NCBI GenBank assembly: GCA_965240325.2
Contig: OZ251249.1
Location: 248,001-312,000 of the forward strand
Reading direction: 5' to 3'
Origin: Rebecca billardiae RCC1528
Taxonomy: Eukaryota > Protista > Haptophyta
DNA length: 64,000 nt
Shown: positions 23,866 through 35,664 of the stretch, in pieces
How the letters are laid out: each line of letters starts with the position of its first letter
Position numbering within the stretch: the first letter of the stretch is position 1
Made by a program: the position numbers and the translations under genes
The notes under the pieces: generated by a model
What the model was told of the DNA's origin: nothing
The model's input: only the letters and a program-made list of their open reading frames with translations
Database searches by the model: none

Positions 23866-25544
23866 ATGGCGGCTTCCATCGTGCGGAGCCAGTTGGTCGC
23901 CGTTGTGCTCGCGAGCGTGCTCTGCAGTGCAGGGGCGGGACGCAGTCTTCAAGGCTGGCCGTGCATGGGACAGGCAGACCGCTTGCTCGCCCACGTGAAG
24001 CGCGCGAAGCCGCTGCCAGGATGCGCGCCGCTGTGGCCGACAGGACTGCCGTCGAATGGCACGGAGACGGGCTCGCGAGATGGCGCGTGCGCAGGCGTGG
24101 ATCCCAGCGCAAGTGTCGTCCACACGTTCACAACGTCTGCCATGGGGCTAGTCAACCAGGTGATCGACGTCGCCATCGCCCTGCGCCACGCGTGCGAGCA
24201 GCGCGCGCCCTTCTTCGTCTCCGTGCAGATGGTGGCAGACATGCTGCGCCCTGACTGGCTGGTGCCGGCGGAGGAGCTCATCGACCTGGACGCGACGAAC
24301 GCGGCACTCGCCGCGAATGCCCACCGCGCGGCGTTGAACCCCACGGCCGACGAGACGGCGATGGACTGCTCGAGCACACGCCTCATCACGGCCGGCTGCG
24401 CGGCCCGCGTCTTGCCAGACTTGCGGGTGCCTCTTGTCCCGGCGAGTTGGTCCTGGCCCTCAAAGGCGGTGGAGTCGATGGTGCGGCTACGCGCGCCGTC
24501 GGGGCCGTGGATGCCGGCGTGCTGCGTGCTGGACGCCCACGACCCGCGCTACAACAGCGTGCACTTCAACTTCGACGCCGACTGGCTGCTCTTCAGCTGC
24601 TATGAGCGGGAGCTCTGGACGCGCTGGTGCGCCGCACGTCGCGCCCCGCGCCGGGCGAGGGCGTGCGCTCGAGCGTGCCGCGCGGCGCGCGTTGGGTGCG
24701 GGCTGGGGGCGCGTCGTCGCCCGCCCCGCGTCTGCCCGCCGCGCCGCGCGCCGCCACCCCGCGCCCCGCTGCAGCACTCGGCCGACCGGGCGCGCCCGGC
24801 GCTTCGCAAGTCCCCGCACGCAGGAAGGGCGGAGGGCTCTCGGCTGAGGCGGAGCTCTCTCTGGTCGGCCCAAACGGCACGCTGGCCCCGTACGTGCGCG
24901 AGCACGTGCTGCCGGGCACCGTGGCTGCGATGCGGGAGCACTTCGCACGGCCGCAGCTGCCCGTGCTCGCGCTCACCTCCATCGGGAAGCTCACGCCCAG
25001 CACCGCGTGGATCATCGACGAGCTGCAGCGCGCAGTGGGCGACGGGCTGGGCGCGCGGCTCAGCCTGGGCACGGCGCGTGTTGCCGGCCGCGAGTTCGCC
25101 GCCGCGGCGGAGATGCATGTCCTCCTTGGCGGCCAGAGCATACTGCTCTCTCCCGGCTCCACATTCTCGGAGTTTGCGAACTTCACCCTGGCGCAGCGCC
25201 CAGGCGGCTTGCGCCGCGTGGCCTTCATGCCGCAGTTGTTGCGCGGGGTGTGTAACGTCTCAGCGTGCCCCGCCGCCGAGCCAGGGTCAGGGACGCGCTG
25301 CACCCAACGCCCCGGACGCCCCCGTGGCGAGCCCTCGACGCCTTTCGGTTCGCCGCGACCACAAGCGAACAGCGAAGTCGTCACGTTAGCCGACGACGAG
25401 ATCGATCTCGCAGCGGCCTTTGGCGCCGTGCGCAGCGCCGTGCGCAGTGCCGTGCACATCGGCAGTCGTCATGCGAAGGCGGGCTTGGCTTCGGTCGCCA
25501 GAAGGCAGAAACCCGCCCGCGCGGCGCCCGGCGGGCTCGTCTAA
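23866..25544 (+). CDS. O-fucosyltransferase-like (GT-B) secreted protein; exons 23866-24626, 24824-25544
   Basis: Signal peptide, followed by GLVNQ, YNSVHFNFDADW and AAAEMHVL....LLSPGSTFSEF. These parallel the GL.NQ / H.R.E.D / A..D....STFS motifs of the POFUT/O-FucT fold. The intron at 24627-24823 joins the two frames. Confidence 0.55.
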
Positions 25545-26218
25545 AGGCAGCGCTATATACATCATAGATAAACCGCGCGCCCTGGCGATTACCGTCATTG
25601 CCGACGGCCATAAGCGCCGACGCCCGCCGACCCGCCGACGCCAGCGCGCCTCAGCAGACCGGCGCGTGCTTGGAAGCCTAACCCGTTCGTCGTCATCATG
25701 GCGTTACCACTCGCCCCGATGGGGCGTGGGGCCGCGCCTGGCCCTGCTCACAAGGTGTATGTGTTCACGGTCCCAGGCAACGGCCCTGTGCCACAACCGG
25801 GGTAGGTGGGCAGCCAGGGGCTGGCGGCAGCCGAGAGGGGCCGCTTTCCCCCGCCCCCGCTGCTGCGAAGGCGGCGGGGGTGCGCTGCTTGCCTCCGCGG
25901 GCGAGCAGCGCGCAGTTTACGCCGGGCATGTGGACCTGCCCACCCTTCATCTTCCAGTTCTTCCCTTCGGCTGGGGCTCGATCAGTCGACGCGGCGTCGC
26001 TCACAGTGCAGGCAGGTGTTTGGCGCGGCTGCACTCTCGAGGTGGCTGGGATACGACATCCAGGTGTAGCACCCTCCCCGTGTGGTGTCAGAGCGCGCTC
26101 TCGAGCGCGTGCCTCCGAGCGCGGGGCGGCCGCTTGCTGCAATGGCCGCCTCGATGAGGTGCGGCAACGCGCCTCTCACCTGCCTGCGCGGCTGCGCCGG
26201 TCTTTTTTGGGGCTCAAG

Positions 26219-27070
26219 ATGGCGGACGCGTCCTCGTCGCCGCGTCGGCTGCTAGTGGTGCTGTACCGGCACGCGGAGTCGGCGAACAATGCCATGGGCG
26301 ACCACGACTCTGGCGACGTCAGCGCTGCCGCGGCGCACGGCCGCCAGCCCGACCCGTCGCTCACCAAGCGCGGCGAGCAGCAGGCTGCCTGTGCGGCCGA
26401 GTGGTTTGCTAAGCGCTGGGCGGCGCGCCTCGAGCGCATCTACGTGAGCCCGATGAAGCGCGCGCTGCAGACGGCGGCGCCGCTGTGCGCGGCGATGCCG
26501 ACCGTCCCCGTCGCGCTGAACACCGCCCTCTTCGAGTGCGGCGGCTGCTTCCACGGCTCGCGCGCCGAGCAGAGCGCAGGCAAGCCGCACGTGCACGGCC
26601 TGCGACTGGATGCCGTCCGGGCGCTGCTGCCCGGCGCGAGCGCGGACGAGGCGGAGTTCGCGGCGGAGCGCGAGGGCGGGTGGTGGCGCGGCGGCTTCGA
26701 GACCGCCGAGCAGTCACGCGCGCGCGCCGCCGCCGTGCAGGAGTGGCTCTGGGGCCAGGTGGACGCCGCGGCGCGCCCGGCGGCCGAGCCGATCGCAGCG
26801 ATCGCGCTGGTCGGCCACGGGCTCTTCATGAGCGTGCTGATGCAGGAGCTGCTCGGCGCGGGCGTGCGCACGTCCGCAGGCGGCCCGCCGCCCTCGCGCA
26901 TCGCGCTGCTCACGTGCAACTGCGCGCTCGACGTGCTCGAGCTCCGCGTGGACGCGGGCGGCGCGCGCGCGGTTGGGCTCCTGCGCGCTAACTGGGACGA
27001 GCACCTGCCGCGGCCGCTGCGCACGGGACACACGGTCGACGGGTTCGAGCTGCTGCCCGACCTGCTCTGA
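26219..27070 (+). CDS. Histidine phosphatase superfamily (phosphoglycerate mutase-like) protein
   Basis: Motifs LYRHAESANN, DPSLTKRGEQQA, IYVSPMKRALQTA, LFECGG and ALVGHG. Confidence 0.85.
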   Translation: MADASSSPRRLLVVLYRHAESANNAMGDHDSGDVSAAAAHGRQPDPSLTKRGEQQAACAAEWFAKRWAARLERIYVSPMKRALQTAAPLCAAMPTVPVALNTALFECGGCFHGSRAEQSAGKPHVHGLRLDAVRALLPGASADEAEFAAEREGGWWRGGFETAEQSRARAAAVQEWLWGQVDAAARPAAEPIAAIALVGHGLFMSVLMQELLGAGVRTSAGGPPPSRIALLTCNCALDVLELRVDAGGARAVGLLRANWDEHLPRPLRTGHTVDGFELLPDLL

Positions 27071-27118
27071 GCGCGGTGACGGGCGGGCGGCCGGCGGCGT
27101 GCTCGGCGAGAGGCGGCT

Positions 27119-27203
27119 GACGAGTAGACAGCTGCCAGCTGCGCAGTGGCGTTGGTTAGGGTGGCACCAACGCCAGTGCGCAGCTGGCAGCTGTCTACTC
27201 GTC
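27119..27203. repeat. Hairpin with 38-bp arms (1 mismatch) and a 9-nt loop
   Basis: GACGAGTAGACAGCTGCCAGCTGCGCAGTGGCGTTGGT-tagggtggc-ACCAACGCCAGTGCGCAGCTGGCAGCTGTCTACTCGTC. Confidence 0.9.
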
Positions 27204-27661
27204 GTCATCGTCGCGATCGACGCGGCCTTTGAACAATCCGAGGCGGTTGGCAGCGAAGGCGCTGACAGCCAAGCAGGCGATGATCTGCGTGCATGGGGGC
27301 ATGCCGGCTGTGGTCGGCCAAGCCATCACGCGGCGCCGCGCTCGCGGCAGCGCGGGTGGCGGCAGACGTGGTCCGGGCCGTGTGTGTGCCGGCCGGTGCG
27401 AGCACTACGGGCGAATGCGGATGGATGCGTTCTGATTGGAATGACCTGCCGCGAGCGCATTCACTGGCGTCTGGCGTCCCACCGGGCGGGCATCAGTGAT
27501 CTGCTTAGTAGGAGATTGCAGAACTACATGGACTGAGGGAGACTATCAGACATCATGATCAGTCACGCTACTGAGTCTACTGTTCATCACTGGGCAAGAG
27601 CCATCAGGACTCCCGTGACGATCGTCACCCGCGCAGCGGCCGGTGGCCAAGGTGGTGAGCA

Positions 27662-30274
27662 ATGGCGGGCGCGGCGACGAGCCCGGCCACACGCCGCAGG
27701 CGTGCGCTCGCGGCCGCCCTCGTGGCGGGCGGGCTGCCGATGCGGCCGCACGCGTCGGCCGCCGACGGGCGCACGCTGGTGTGCGTCTTCGACGACAACT
27801 CGCCCGAGCTCTCCCTCTTCCACGCGGCGGCGCACGTGAGCCGCGCCGTCATCTTTGGCAGCGGCGCGCTCGTGTATGCGCACCGCGCGCGCGCGGACGT
27901 GCGCGAGTGCAGCGTGCTCCTCGGCGGCGCGGCGATGGCCCCGCGAGCAGCGGCGGGTGGGGCCGGCGGTGCGCTCGTGGGGCGCGCGCGCGAGCCCCCG
28001 CTCGTTCGCGTCGACCGCAGCCCGCCCGACGGCGCCGAGTGCGCGCGGCGGGACGGGCTGATTGACGTGTGGACAGACGATGGCGGCGGCCGGCGACGGC
28101 GGCTCGCGGGCGTTCCCGCCGGCCCGGGCGCGGGGTTCGCGTACATCACGTCGATCGACGCCACCGCCGAGCCGCCGCACCTGCGCCCGCTCCTCCTCGC
28201 CGCGCACGAAGTCGCGGCGGACGCGCTCGCGCCGGTCGCGCGCGCGCTCGGCTGCGAGCTCGTGCGCATGCGCGACGGCGCGCTGGGCTGCGGCAGGGAC
28301 GGTGGGCGCGGGGCGCTCGCGGGCGGCGGTCTCGCGGGCGCGCAGCCGAGCGCGCCGCCCGGCCGGCCGAGCGAGCGGCTGGCCGCGCTCACCGCCGTCA
28401 ACGCCAGCGCGCCCGGCGCGAGCGCGCGGCTCCTGGCAGCCATGGAATCAGGGTCCGTACCGCTTGTGTTCCTCGGCGGCGGCGGCGGCGCCGAGCCGCC
28501 GCGCGGCGGCGCGCGGACGTGCGGCGCGCGGCTCGCGGCGCGCGCGGTCGGCGCGCGCGCCGCGCTGCGCGTCGACGCGGACGGCCCCGCCGCCGCGCTG
28601 CCGCAGCTGCGCGCCTTGCTCGGCGCGCAGCCGGCGGCGCGCGCGCGGCTCGCTCGGCTGATGGCGCGCGCGCGCGGGTGGTACACAGCCCTGCTGGTGA
28701 ACAGCACGCGCGCGCTGGAGCGCGCGCTGGGCGCGCTCGGCGGCGAGGCGGTCTCGGCGCGGTGGGAGGCGGGCCCGGCCGAGGGCGCGGCCGAGCGCGC
28801 GCGCACGTGCTCGGTCGGACCTGGGCGCATCAGCCTGGGCGCCGGTTCCGAGAAACTTCCCGCGTGGGTCACCCTCACGCCGGCGAGCCGATGCGCTTCG
28901 GGGCTGGCAGGCGGCCTGGGCGGCAAGCGGCGCCCGGACGAGTGGCCGAGTGCCCCGGCGCGAGCCGCCGCCGCCGCGGCCGCGGCGGCGCTGGCGGCGG
29001 CGCGCGAGCGGCCGCAGCCGCCCGTTGTCGTCTTTGTCGGCCTCGGCTCAACGGCTACACACTCGGCGTTCGAGGCGATGTGCCGCCATGGCGTCCCGGC
29101 GCTGCACTGGCAGCTGCGGTGTGAGCCGGGCGCGGCGGTGCGCCGCCGTCGCCGCGTGCTGCGCGCGCGCGGCGGCCGGACCGGGGGACACCTGCTGCCG
29201 ATCAACAGGCTGAGCATCGCCTGTCGGCAGTGCGCCGAGCCGCCATGGTCGACCGACATCCGCGTCGTCGTCCACGGCGGGCGGCGGAAGGGGGCCGATT
29301 CCTCGGCGGATCTCTGCGCGTCGCTCGACCGCGCGACCGAGTGCACCGCGCGCGCGTGGGCGGCGCGCTTCCGCGCCGACGTCGCGCACGCGCTCGACTG
29401 GGACGCGCGCGGGCTCGTCGCGCTCACGGACTCGCCCTTTGGCCTTCTCTCGCCGCTCGAGATTGTCGATCTCGCGCCGCCCGGCCGGCCGATCCTCCTG
29501 GTGAACACGCTGCGCCCCGCGCACGCGTGGGCACAGCGGCGCGGCTGGCGCTACGGCGAGGAGCTGTGCCGGCCGCGCGGCGGCCGCGCGTACACGCCCG
29601 CGCTGCGCTCGGCGAGGGGCGGCGGCGCGGCCGGCGAGCCGTCGGCGCTCTTCAGGCTGGGCCCGTGCCTGCGCGGCGTGCCGGACGGCGCGGACGTGGC
29701 GGGTCTCTTCGAGCTCGCCTCGCCCGGCGTGCGCATCGTGCCCCGGGCGGACGAGGACGACGGCGCGCCGACGCGCGCGCGCAAGTTCGAGCCCCGCGGG
29801 CTGGAGCACCACACGCCGATGGGCGCGCACGAGCTCCAGCTCGAGTTCGCGCTGCGCAACAGGCAGGTGCGAGCGCTCGCGGCCGAGGCGCGCGCCGCGG
29901 CGCGCGCGACCAACCGGACGCTGGGGTATTGGGAGCTCTGCCCGTGGGACGACGCGCCGGCCGCGGCACGGCCTGCGAGCTCGGCGCCGCCACACGCCGC
30001 CGACGCCGCCGACGCGCACACGCACGGCGGTAGTGGCAGCGCGCGCGCGCAGCGCGGGGCCGCGGGCAAGCCGCCCGCCGAGCGTAACGCCACCCACGGG
30101 CTGGCTGCGGCGCACGCCGTCGGCGGCACCGGCGGCTACTGCTCCTTCGAGCACTCGCTCGAGGCGCTTGGCAAGCAGCTCAGCCGCGTCATCAGGCGGC
30201 GGCTGCCGGCGGCTGCCGCCGGTGCGACCGTGCCGGCGCCCCGGCGCGCGCTCGGACCGGACGACGAGCAATAA
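27662..30274 (+). CDS. Putative exostosin/GT47-like + P-loop sulfotransferase-like fusion protein
   Basis: SARLLAAMESGSVPLVF resembles the exostosin S.RL.EA...G.VPV motif. VVFVGLGSTATHSAFEAM...G..ALHW, ALTDSPF and LLVNTLRPAHAWAQRR resemble sulfotransferase motifs. Confidence 0.5.
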   Translation: MAGAATSPATRRRRALAAALVAGGLPMRPHASAADGRTLVCVFDDNSPELSLFHAAAHVSRAVIFGSGALVYAHRARADVRECSVLLGGAAMAPRAAAGGAGGALVGRAREPPLVRVDRSPPDGAECARRDGLIDVWTDDGGGRRRRLAGVPAGPGAGFAYITSIDATAEPPHLRPLLLAAHEVAADALAPVARALGCELVRMRDGALGCGRDGGRGALAGGGLAGAQPSAPPGRPSERLAALTAVNASAPGASARLLAAMESGSVPLVFLGGGGGAEPPRGGARTCGARLAARAVGARAALRVDADGPAAALPQLRALLGAQPAARARLARLMARARGWYTALLVNSTRALERALGALGGEAVSARWEAGPAEGAAERARTCSVGPGRISLGAGSEKLPAWVTLTPASRCASGLAGGLGGKRRPDEWPSAPARAAAAAAAAALAAARERPQPPVVVFVGLGSTATHSAFEAMCRHGVPALHWQLRCEPGAAVRRRRRVLRARGGRTGGHLLPINRLSIACRQCAEPPWSTDIRVVVHGGRRKGADSSADLCASLDRATECTARAWAARFRADVAHALDWDARGLVALTDSPFGLLSPLEIVDLAPPGRPILLVNTLRPAHAWAQRRGWRYGEELCRPRGGRAYTPALRSARGGGAAGEPSALFRLGPCLRGVPDGADVAGLFELASPGVRIVPRADEDDGAPTRARKFEPRGLEHHTPMGAHELQLEFALRNRQVRALAAEARAAARATNRTLGYWELCPWDDAPAAARPASSAPPHAADAADAHTHGGSGSARAQRGAAGKPPAERNATHGLAAAHAVGGTGGYCSFEHSLEALGKQLSRVIRRRLPAAAAGATVPAPRRALGPDDEQ

Positions 30275-30285
30275 TAATAGTAGCA

Positions 30286-30287
<2 letters not shown>

Positions 30288-30339
<52 letters not shown>
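30288..30339. repeat. (TA)n microsatellite
   Basis: Read directly from the sequence. Confidence 0.95.
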
Positions 30340-30340
<1 letters not shown>

Positions 30341-30862
30341 TCTTTATTATATTATCACGGGTCCCATAGTACTGTGTGCGTCTCTTATTCTTCTTATTAT
30401 TAGTAAACTGTACCGCGCCGCAGAGTCCACGTCCGAGTCAGGCTGCAGTCCGACTCGCGACGGCTGAGAGCCAGAGGGCGCGGGCGAGGTTTTCACTGTG
30501 TGAGCTGCCAGGCTTGGCCGCCTGAAGAGCGAGGCGGCCTAGCCGCGTACTCGTATGCAGGCCAGCCGGCTCCGAAGGGCAAGCCCTGCTCGTGAGTCGA
30601 GCAGCGCGCGCTCGGCGGCGGGCGGCGGGTCGTGACGAGGGCGCGCTAAGACGCGCGGCCCGGTATTTGTGGCCCAAGCACCGCACCTGGGCGATGATCT
30701 TCTTGATGAGGGCATGGTCCATCCTCGCGTTCCACTCGCCGAACGCCCCAATCGGCGGGCCAATGACGCTTGGGATGATCTCGGCGAAGGTGTTGAGCCG
30801 CATCGATCGATGCGCTTCTTCGTCCTCATTCAGCTGCCGTAGAGGAATACGGAAATCAGCAT

Positions 30863-31787
30863 TCAGACAGCAGTCGAGGCATTCACAGCTGCCACCGCTG
30901 CGCCAGCTGCGCGGCGCTGCCGGACCCGGCGCTTGCGTGCCGCGAGGAGGAGCGCACTGGCAAGCACCGCTGCCATAGCAACAGCAGCCGCGACGGTTGC
31001 TGCTGCCACCACGATGAGCATCGCGTCCCCGAGCAGCGGCTCCAGCAGCGGCGCGCGACTGGCATCATCATCGCCGAAATGGCCCAGGTCCGCCAGGTGA
31101 CGTCCGCCGGGCGAGGAGCCGGGCCAAGTCTTCGCGCCGATGCGAAAGAGCGAGCCTGCAACCTGAGCGAGTGCGCGCACACGTGTGTGGGTGAGGGCGT
31201 GGCCAGTCGGGTGGGCGACGGGAAGGGGAGTGGTCAGCTCGTGACCGCTGCACGCAAGTATGGGGCTAGAGGGGTGCCGGGGCGCGCGAGGACACACTGC
31301 ACTCACCGTGAAGAAGCACAGAGCCCCGCAGACCGCGGCCGGCGGCGGCGCCGGCGGGCTGGGCGGTGGGGACGGCGGCACGTTGAGTAGCGTCAGTCCC
31401 AGCACGTCGATGCCCACAGCGGCTTGCAGCCCGGCGCTGTCCGTCGCGGCGACCGTCGCCGCGATGTCCACCGGCGTCGGGTCGTCGCTCGACTGGTAGA
31501 TCTCGACCTCGACGCGGGTCGAGCCCGGAACCACGAGGACCACGCGGATGCGCGTCTCGTCAAAGTCGCAGCCGCACTCGGCCGAGAGCTGCGCGTCGAT
31601 GAAGGCGATCAGGGCCGCCTCCTCCGGCGCGCCCCACGAGCTGACGTCGCCGTCGAACGCGTACTCGACGGACACGATCTGGCCGGGAGGCGGTGGCGAG
31701 GGCGGCGGGTGCGGCGGCGGCGTTGGCAACGGCGGCGGCGGCGACGGCGGCGGCGACGGCAGCGGCGGCGGCGACGGCGGCGGCGTT

Positions 31788-31818
<31 letters not shown>

Positions 31819-33276
31819 GCGGCGTTGGCGGCGGCGACGGTCCCACCAGAACGTCAAGGCCAACGTCGTAAGTCAGCGTGTCGAAGCCATCGAAGTAGAT
31901 CTTGTCGTACTGCCCGTTTGCAGAGTCGATCGTGTCGGCGCCGGCGCCGCCGAAGATGACGTTGTGGCCGTAACCGGCAGTGATGATGTCGTCACCATCG
32001 CCGCCTACGCGCGCCGCGCGGCAGCCGACCGGTGGCGTGCACACGCGCAGGAGGGCCCGTCAGCACGCGCGGGCGAGGGGAACGCGGCGCCGCTCCGCAC
32101 AGCACTAGGCACGCGCGTCGCGCCGCGCCACGCGCGTCGCGAGCGCACACCATACATGCGCGTCGTGGCGTTGCCAGTTGCCGCACCAGCCACCGCCGCC
32201 GCTCCGATGAGGACGTCGTTGCCGCCGTCTCCGTACAAGGAGTTGGTAACGTCACCGCCGAGGAAGTCGCGGTTGCCCAGCCCGACGGTGCCAGCAGTGA
32301 GCGTGTCCGCGCCCGCACCGCCGCGCAGTATGTTGAAGGCGATGCCGCCGCGGCCCTCCAGTTCAGCCATGAGCGCGTCGCCGCCATTGCCGCCGACCAG
32401 CGTGTCGTCCTCATCGCCTCCGTACAGCAGGTTCCCGACTTTGCCGCCCTGGCCAAGCCTGCCTGCTGCGTCGCCGCCATCGCCGCCGGTGAGCACGTCG
32501 GGCCCGGCTTGGCCGTACAGCCTATTGATCACCTTGCCGCCAACCTCGAGCCAGCCTGCGGAGATGCCTGTGGACAGGGCGCTGCCGCCATCGCCACCGA
32601 CGAGCGTATCGGCACCGTCACCGCCGTAGAGGCCGTTGTACGTGAGACCGCCGACGTCCTGATCGCCCTTTGCGTGCCCGCCGCGCCCGCCCGCCAGCTG
32701 GTCATCCCCGGCGTCGCCGTAGATCCGGTTTATAGCAGCGCCGCCAACAGTGTAAATAAGGCCAACACCGGCTCCATCGGCGGCAGCGTAGCCGCCGTCG
32801 CCCCCCGTGAGCACGTCGGTCCCATCACCACCATTGACGACGTTGAGGACCTTGCCCCCGGTCGCCGCAGTGGCAGTGGCGGCGCCACCACCGCCTCCGG
32901 AGAGCAGGTCGTTGCCCTCGCCGCCGGCGATGATGTTGTATGCCTCGCCACCGGTGCCGCTGATGTAGGTGCCGGCGCCGCCAGCGCCGCCAATCAGTGT
33001 GTCGACGCCAGTGCCGCCAAGGAGGAGGTTATTGACGTCGTCTCCGTGGATCGTCATAACATCCCCCTCTCCCGCCGTGCCGCCAGTCAGAAAGTCGGCA
33101 CCGCCGACGCCGTAGGCGTAGTTGTAGAGGGTCGTCCAAGAGGCGCTGCTGGCAGGGCCCGCGTCCGGAAGCGTGTATAAGTCGTCGCCGGGCGTGCCTT
33201 GGAAGGTTGCGAGCTGCCGGCGCGGCTCGCCCGGCCCGGGCGCCACCAGCGCGCTCAGAAGCAGCAGGCTCAGCAT
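30863..33276 (-). CDS. Secreted/membrane-anchored RTX-like (hemolysin-type Ca-binding) Gly-rich repeat protein 1; exons 33276-32151, 32004-31307, 31162-30863
   Basis: Signal peptide MLSLLLLSALVA, then RRQL, then many GGxGxDxLxGG repeats. These are followed by SPPPP linkers, a SEA-like segment and a C-terminal TM with RKRR. Two GT-AG introns (32150-32005, 31306-31163) restore the frame. Confidence 0.8.
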
Positions 33277-33398
33277 CGCGCGCGGGCGACGCGGCGTGAG
33301 TGGCAGCGGCCCGAACGAAGCCTGCGCTGCGGCCGAGGCTCGTCGCCCAATTCTAAAAACCACTGTTCGACTGATCAGTCGTATAGCGATTATAACAA

Positions 33399-33787
33399 CA
33401 CTGCGCCGGTATAAACACATATAGGGAGATCGCGCGCCAAATGGCATGCCGCGGAATCATCCGTATGGCCCGATAGTATGGGAGATCGCGCGCCGGAAAG
33501 CGGCGGGGGTCTCCCATACTATCGGGCCATACGGATTCCGCGCAGCATGCCATTTGGCAATTGGCATGCACGACTGTCCGGCAAGGACCTTGCAATTAAG
33601 GACTGTCGACACGTCTTGATGACCCGCCCGCCGCTTTTCCGGCGCGCGATCTCCCTATGTGTTTATACCTTGGCATGCACGACTGTCCGGCAAGGACCTT
33701 GCAATTAAGGACTGTCGTCGTCGACACTTGATGACCCCGCCGCTTTTCCGGCGCGCGATCTCCCTATGTGTTTATACCGGCGCAGTG
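33399..33787. mobile_element. MITE family B (TIR CACTGCGCCGGTATAAACACATAGGGAGATCGCGCGCC) with an internal palindrome and a tandem duplication
   Basis: About 38-bp terminal inverted repeats, with TA on the right flank. There is an internal inverted repeat at ~33437-33557 and a ~110-bp tandem duplication at 33561-33778. Confidence 0.8.
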
Positions 33788-34655
33788 TACGACTAACGAC
33801 GTACGACAAACGACAGTCGTCGTCCATATTATGCGCCAAATTCTTTAAATTATTTGCTCTGAGTTACGGCTCGATGATTTCTCGAGCGCGGAACGCGGGT
33901 GCGGCGGAGCCCGCGCCGCAATCGTGGAGCCGAAGTCGAGATCATATACTGTACCGAGATGTCATGTATCGATCACAGCAATCGACCCAACCGTCGCTGA
34001 GAACGAACGACAAAACCCAGGGCAGGTGTCCACCACGAAGCCACGCCGCGCGCGCGCTGGCAGCGTGAGCCGGCGCGGTTGCAAAGGGTTGCCCAAAGGC
34101 AGAGAGATCAGCCAATGCGGCTACCTTCGGCAAGCACGCCACCTCAGCGTCAGCATCGGGTGGGGCCGTGACGATATATGCCCTTGGATGCGGCTCCAGC
34201 CAAACGGCTCTCGACGCGGGGAGCCGCCATCGGCCGCGAGCGCGTACACGGATACACGTGCTGTCCTCGTGAACGAGGCGCGGCCCGCGATGTGCAGGCA
34301 AGACCTAGGGAGTGGCTCACGCTTTGATCGCGTGTACGGGTACAGAAGGCGTGCGCACGCAACCACACCGCCTTCGTGAAGCGCGTGGGCAAGCTGCTGA
34401 AGCTCTCACGATGCGCGCTTACTTCTCACCTCCGTGCGCTCGCCGACCGCTCACGCTGCCTTCCGCGCGGCGGACCTGGGAAACCTGCCACCTGGCGCAC
34501 ACGACGCAGCGCGTAACGCGGAAGGTGGTAGATCTGCTGCCACGCTCCCGCTGCCGCCGCCGGCGGCGGCAGCGGCATGCCCACGATGCGGCGACGGTGA
34601 TGACTATCACTGCCAAAGTGTCGTTTTTTCGGCGCTCACGCATGCAACGGGTCCA

Positions 34656-35150
34656 GTACTGCTGCGCGCATGGTATGGTGGCGGTACCGTGCTGCGCGCA
34701 CTGTAGCTAGTGTGGAGTACTGATGCGTGACGCATGGTATGGTACTGCATGGTCTATGTTATGGCCTACTGCTGCGCGCATGGTATGGTACTGCTGCGTG
34801 CATGATGGTATGGTACTGCTGCGCGCATGGTATGGTACTGCTGTGCGCATGGTAGTATGGTACTCTGCTGCACGCATCAGATCAGGTATGTACTGCTGCT
34901 GCGCGCATGGTATGGTACTGCCGCGTGCATGGTATGGTACTGCTGCACGCATGATGGTATGGTACTGGCGGTACTGCTGCGCGCATGGTATGGCACTGCT
35001 GTGCGCATGGTATGGCGGTACTGCTGCGTGCATGGTATGCCGTACTGCAGTGCACGCAAGAAACAAGCGCGCAGGTGGTGGGAGAAGCAAGCAGAAGCAA
35101 GCGCGCAGGTGGTGGGAGTGCTCGCAGGTGGTGGGAGAAGCAAGAAGCAG
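34656..35150. repeat. Minisatellite (~22-bp unit GCATGGTATGGTACTGCTGCGC) followed by GCGCAGGTGGTGGGAG repeats
   Basis: Degenerate tandem units read directly from the sequence. Confidence 0.9.
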
Positions 35151-35664
35151 CAGCTCGAAGCAGCAGGCACTCCGATGCGGCACCTCCCGAAGCTGCTGCA
35201 TCCTTCTGACCGCCCGCGGTTTGCGGACGAAGCGTCCGCGACTGCGAGCCGCACGCGCACGCGGTGCGCGCAGCGGTCATGGCGCTGGGTCCGGCGAGCA
35301 GCCGGGGTGAGGTTCAGGTACGAGGGGCACACACTATTCCGCATGCGCCTTGGCACCGACCACGCGCCGCATCCACTGGGAGATCTGCGGCCGCAAGAAG
35401 CGCGCGCCTTGGCGAGGGCGAAGCATCGTAGACCCGCCTGCGCGCAGTGCTTCCGCACCGCCGGCCGGGGCGGTCCGGCACTTTGCTTGGTGTTTGTCCG
35501 GCTTCCTCAGCATCATGACATCATCACAGTCCTGGCGGCGGCCCCTGCAGTATTGAAAAATAACCGCAGCTGATTCGTTGCCAGCCGCCGTGCCGCCGTC
35601 GCTGGCGTAGAGCCGCGCGCGGCGCTGGCGCGCCAGACGCGCCCGGTTGGGCAGCGCAGGCACC

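Noticed and set aside
27156-27161. TTAGGG telomeric unit in the hairpin loop
   Set aside because: A single hexamer is compatible with chance.
34656-35150. CRISPR-like array
   Set aside because: The units are contiguous and degenerate with no unique spacers, there are no cas genes, and the context is eukaryotic. It is a minisatellite. The same applies to 54225-54309.
33830-35580. Possible degenerate transposon related to 56260-56740
   Set aside because: Only short patchy inverted similarities were seen (e.g. GAATCAGCTGCGG), with no recognisable transposase motif or defined ends.
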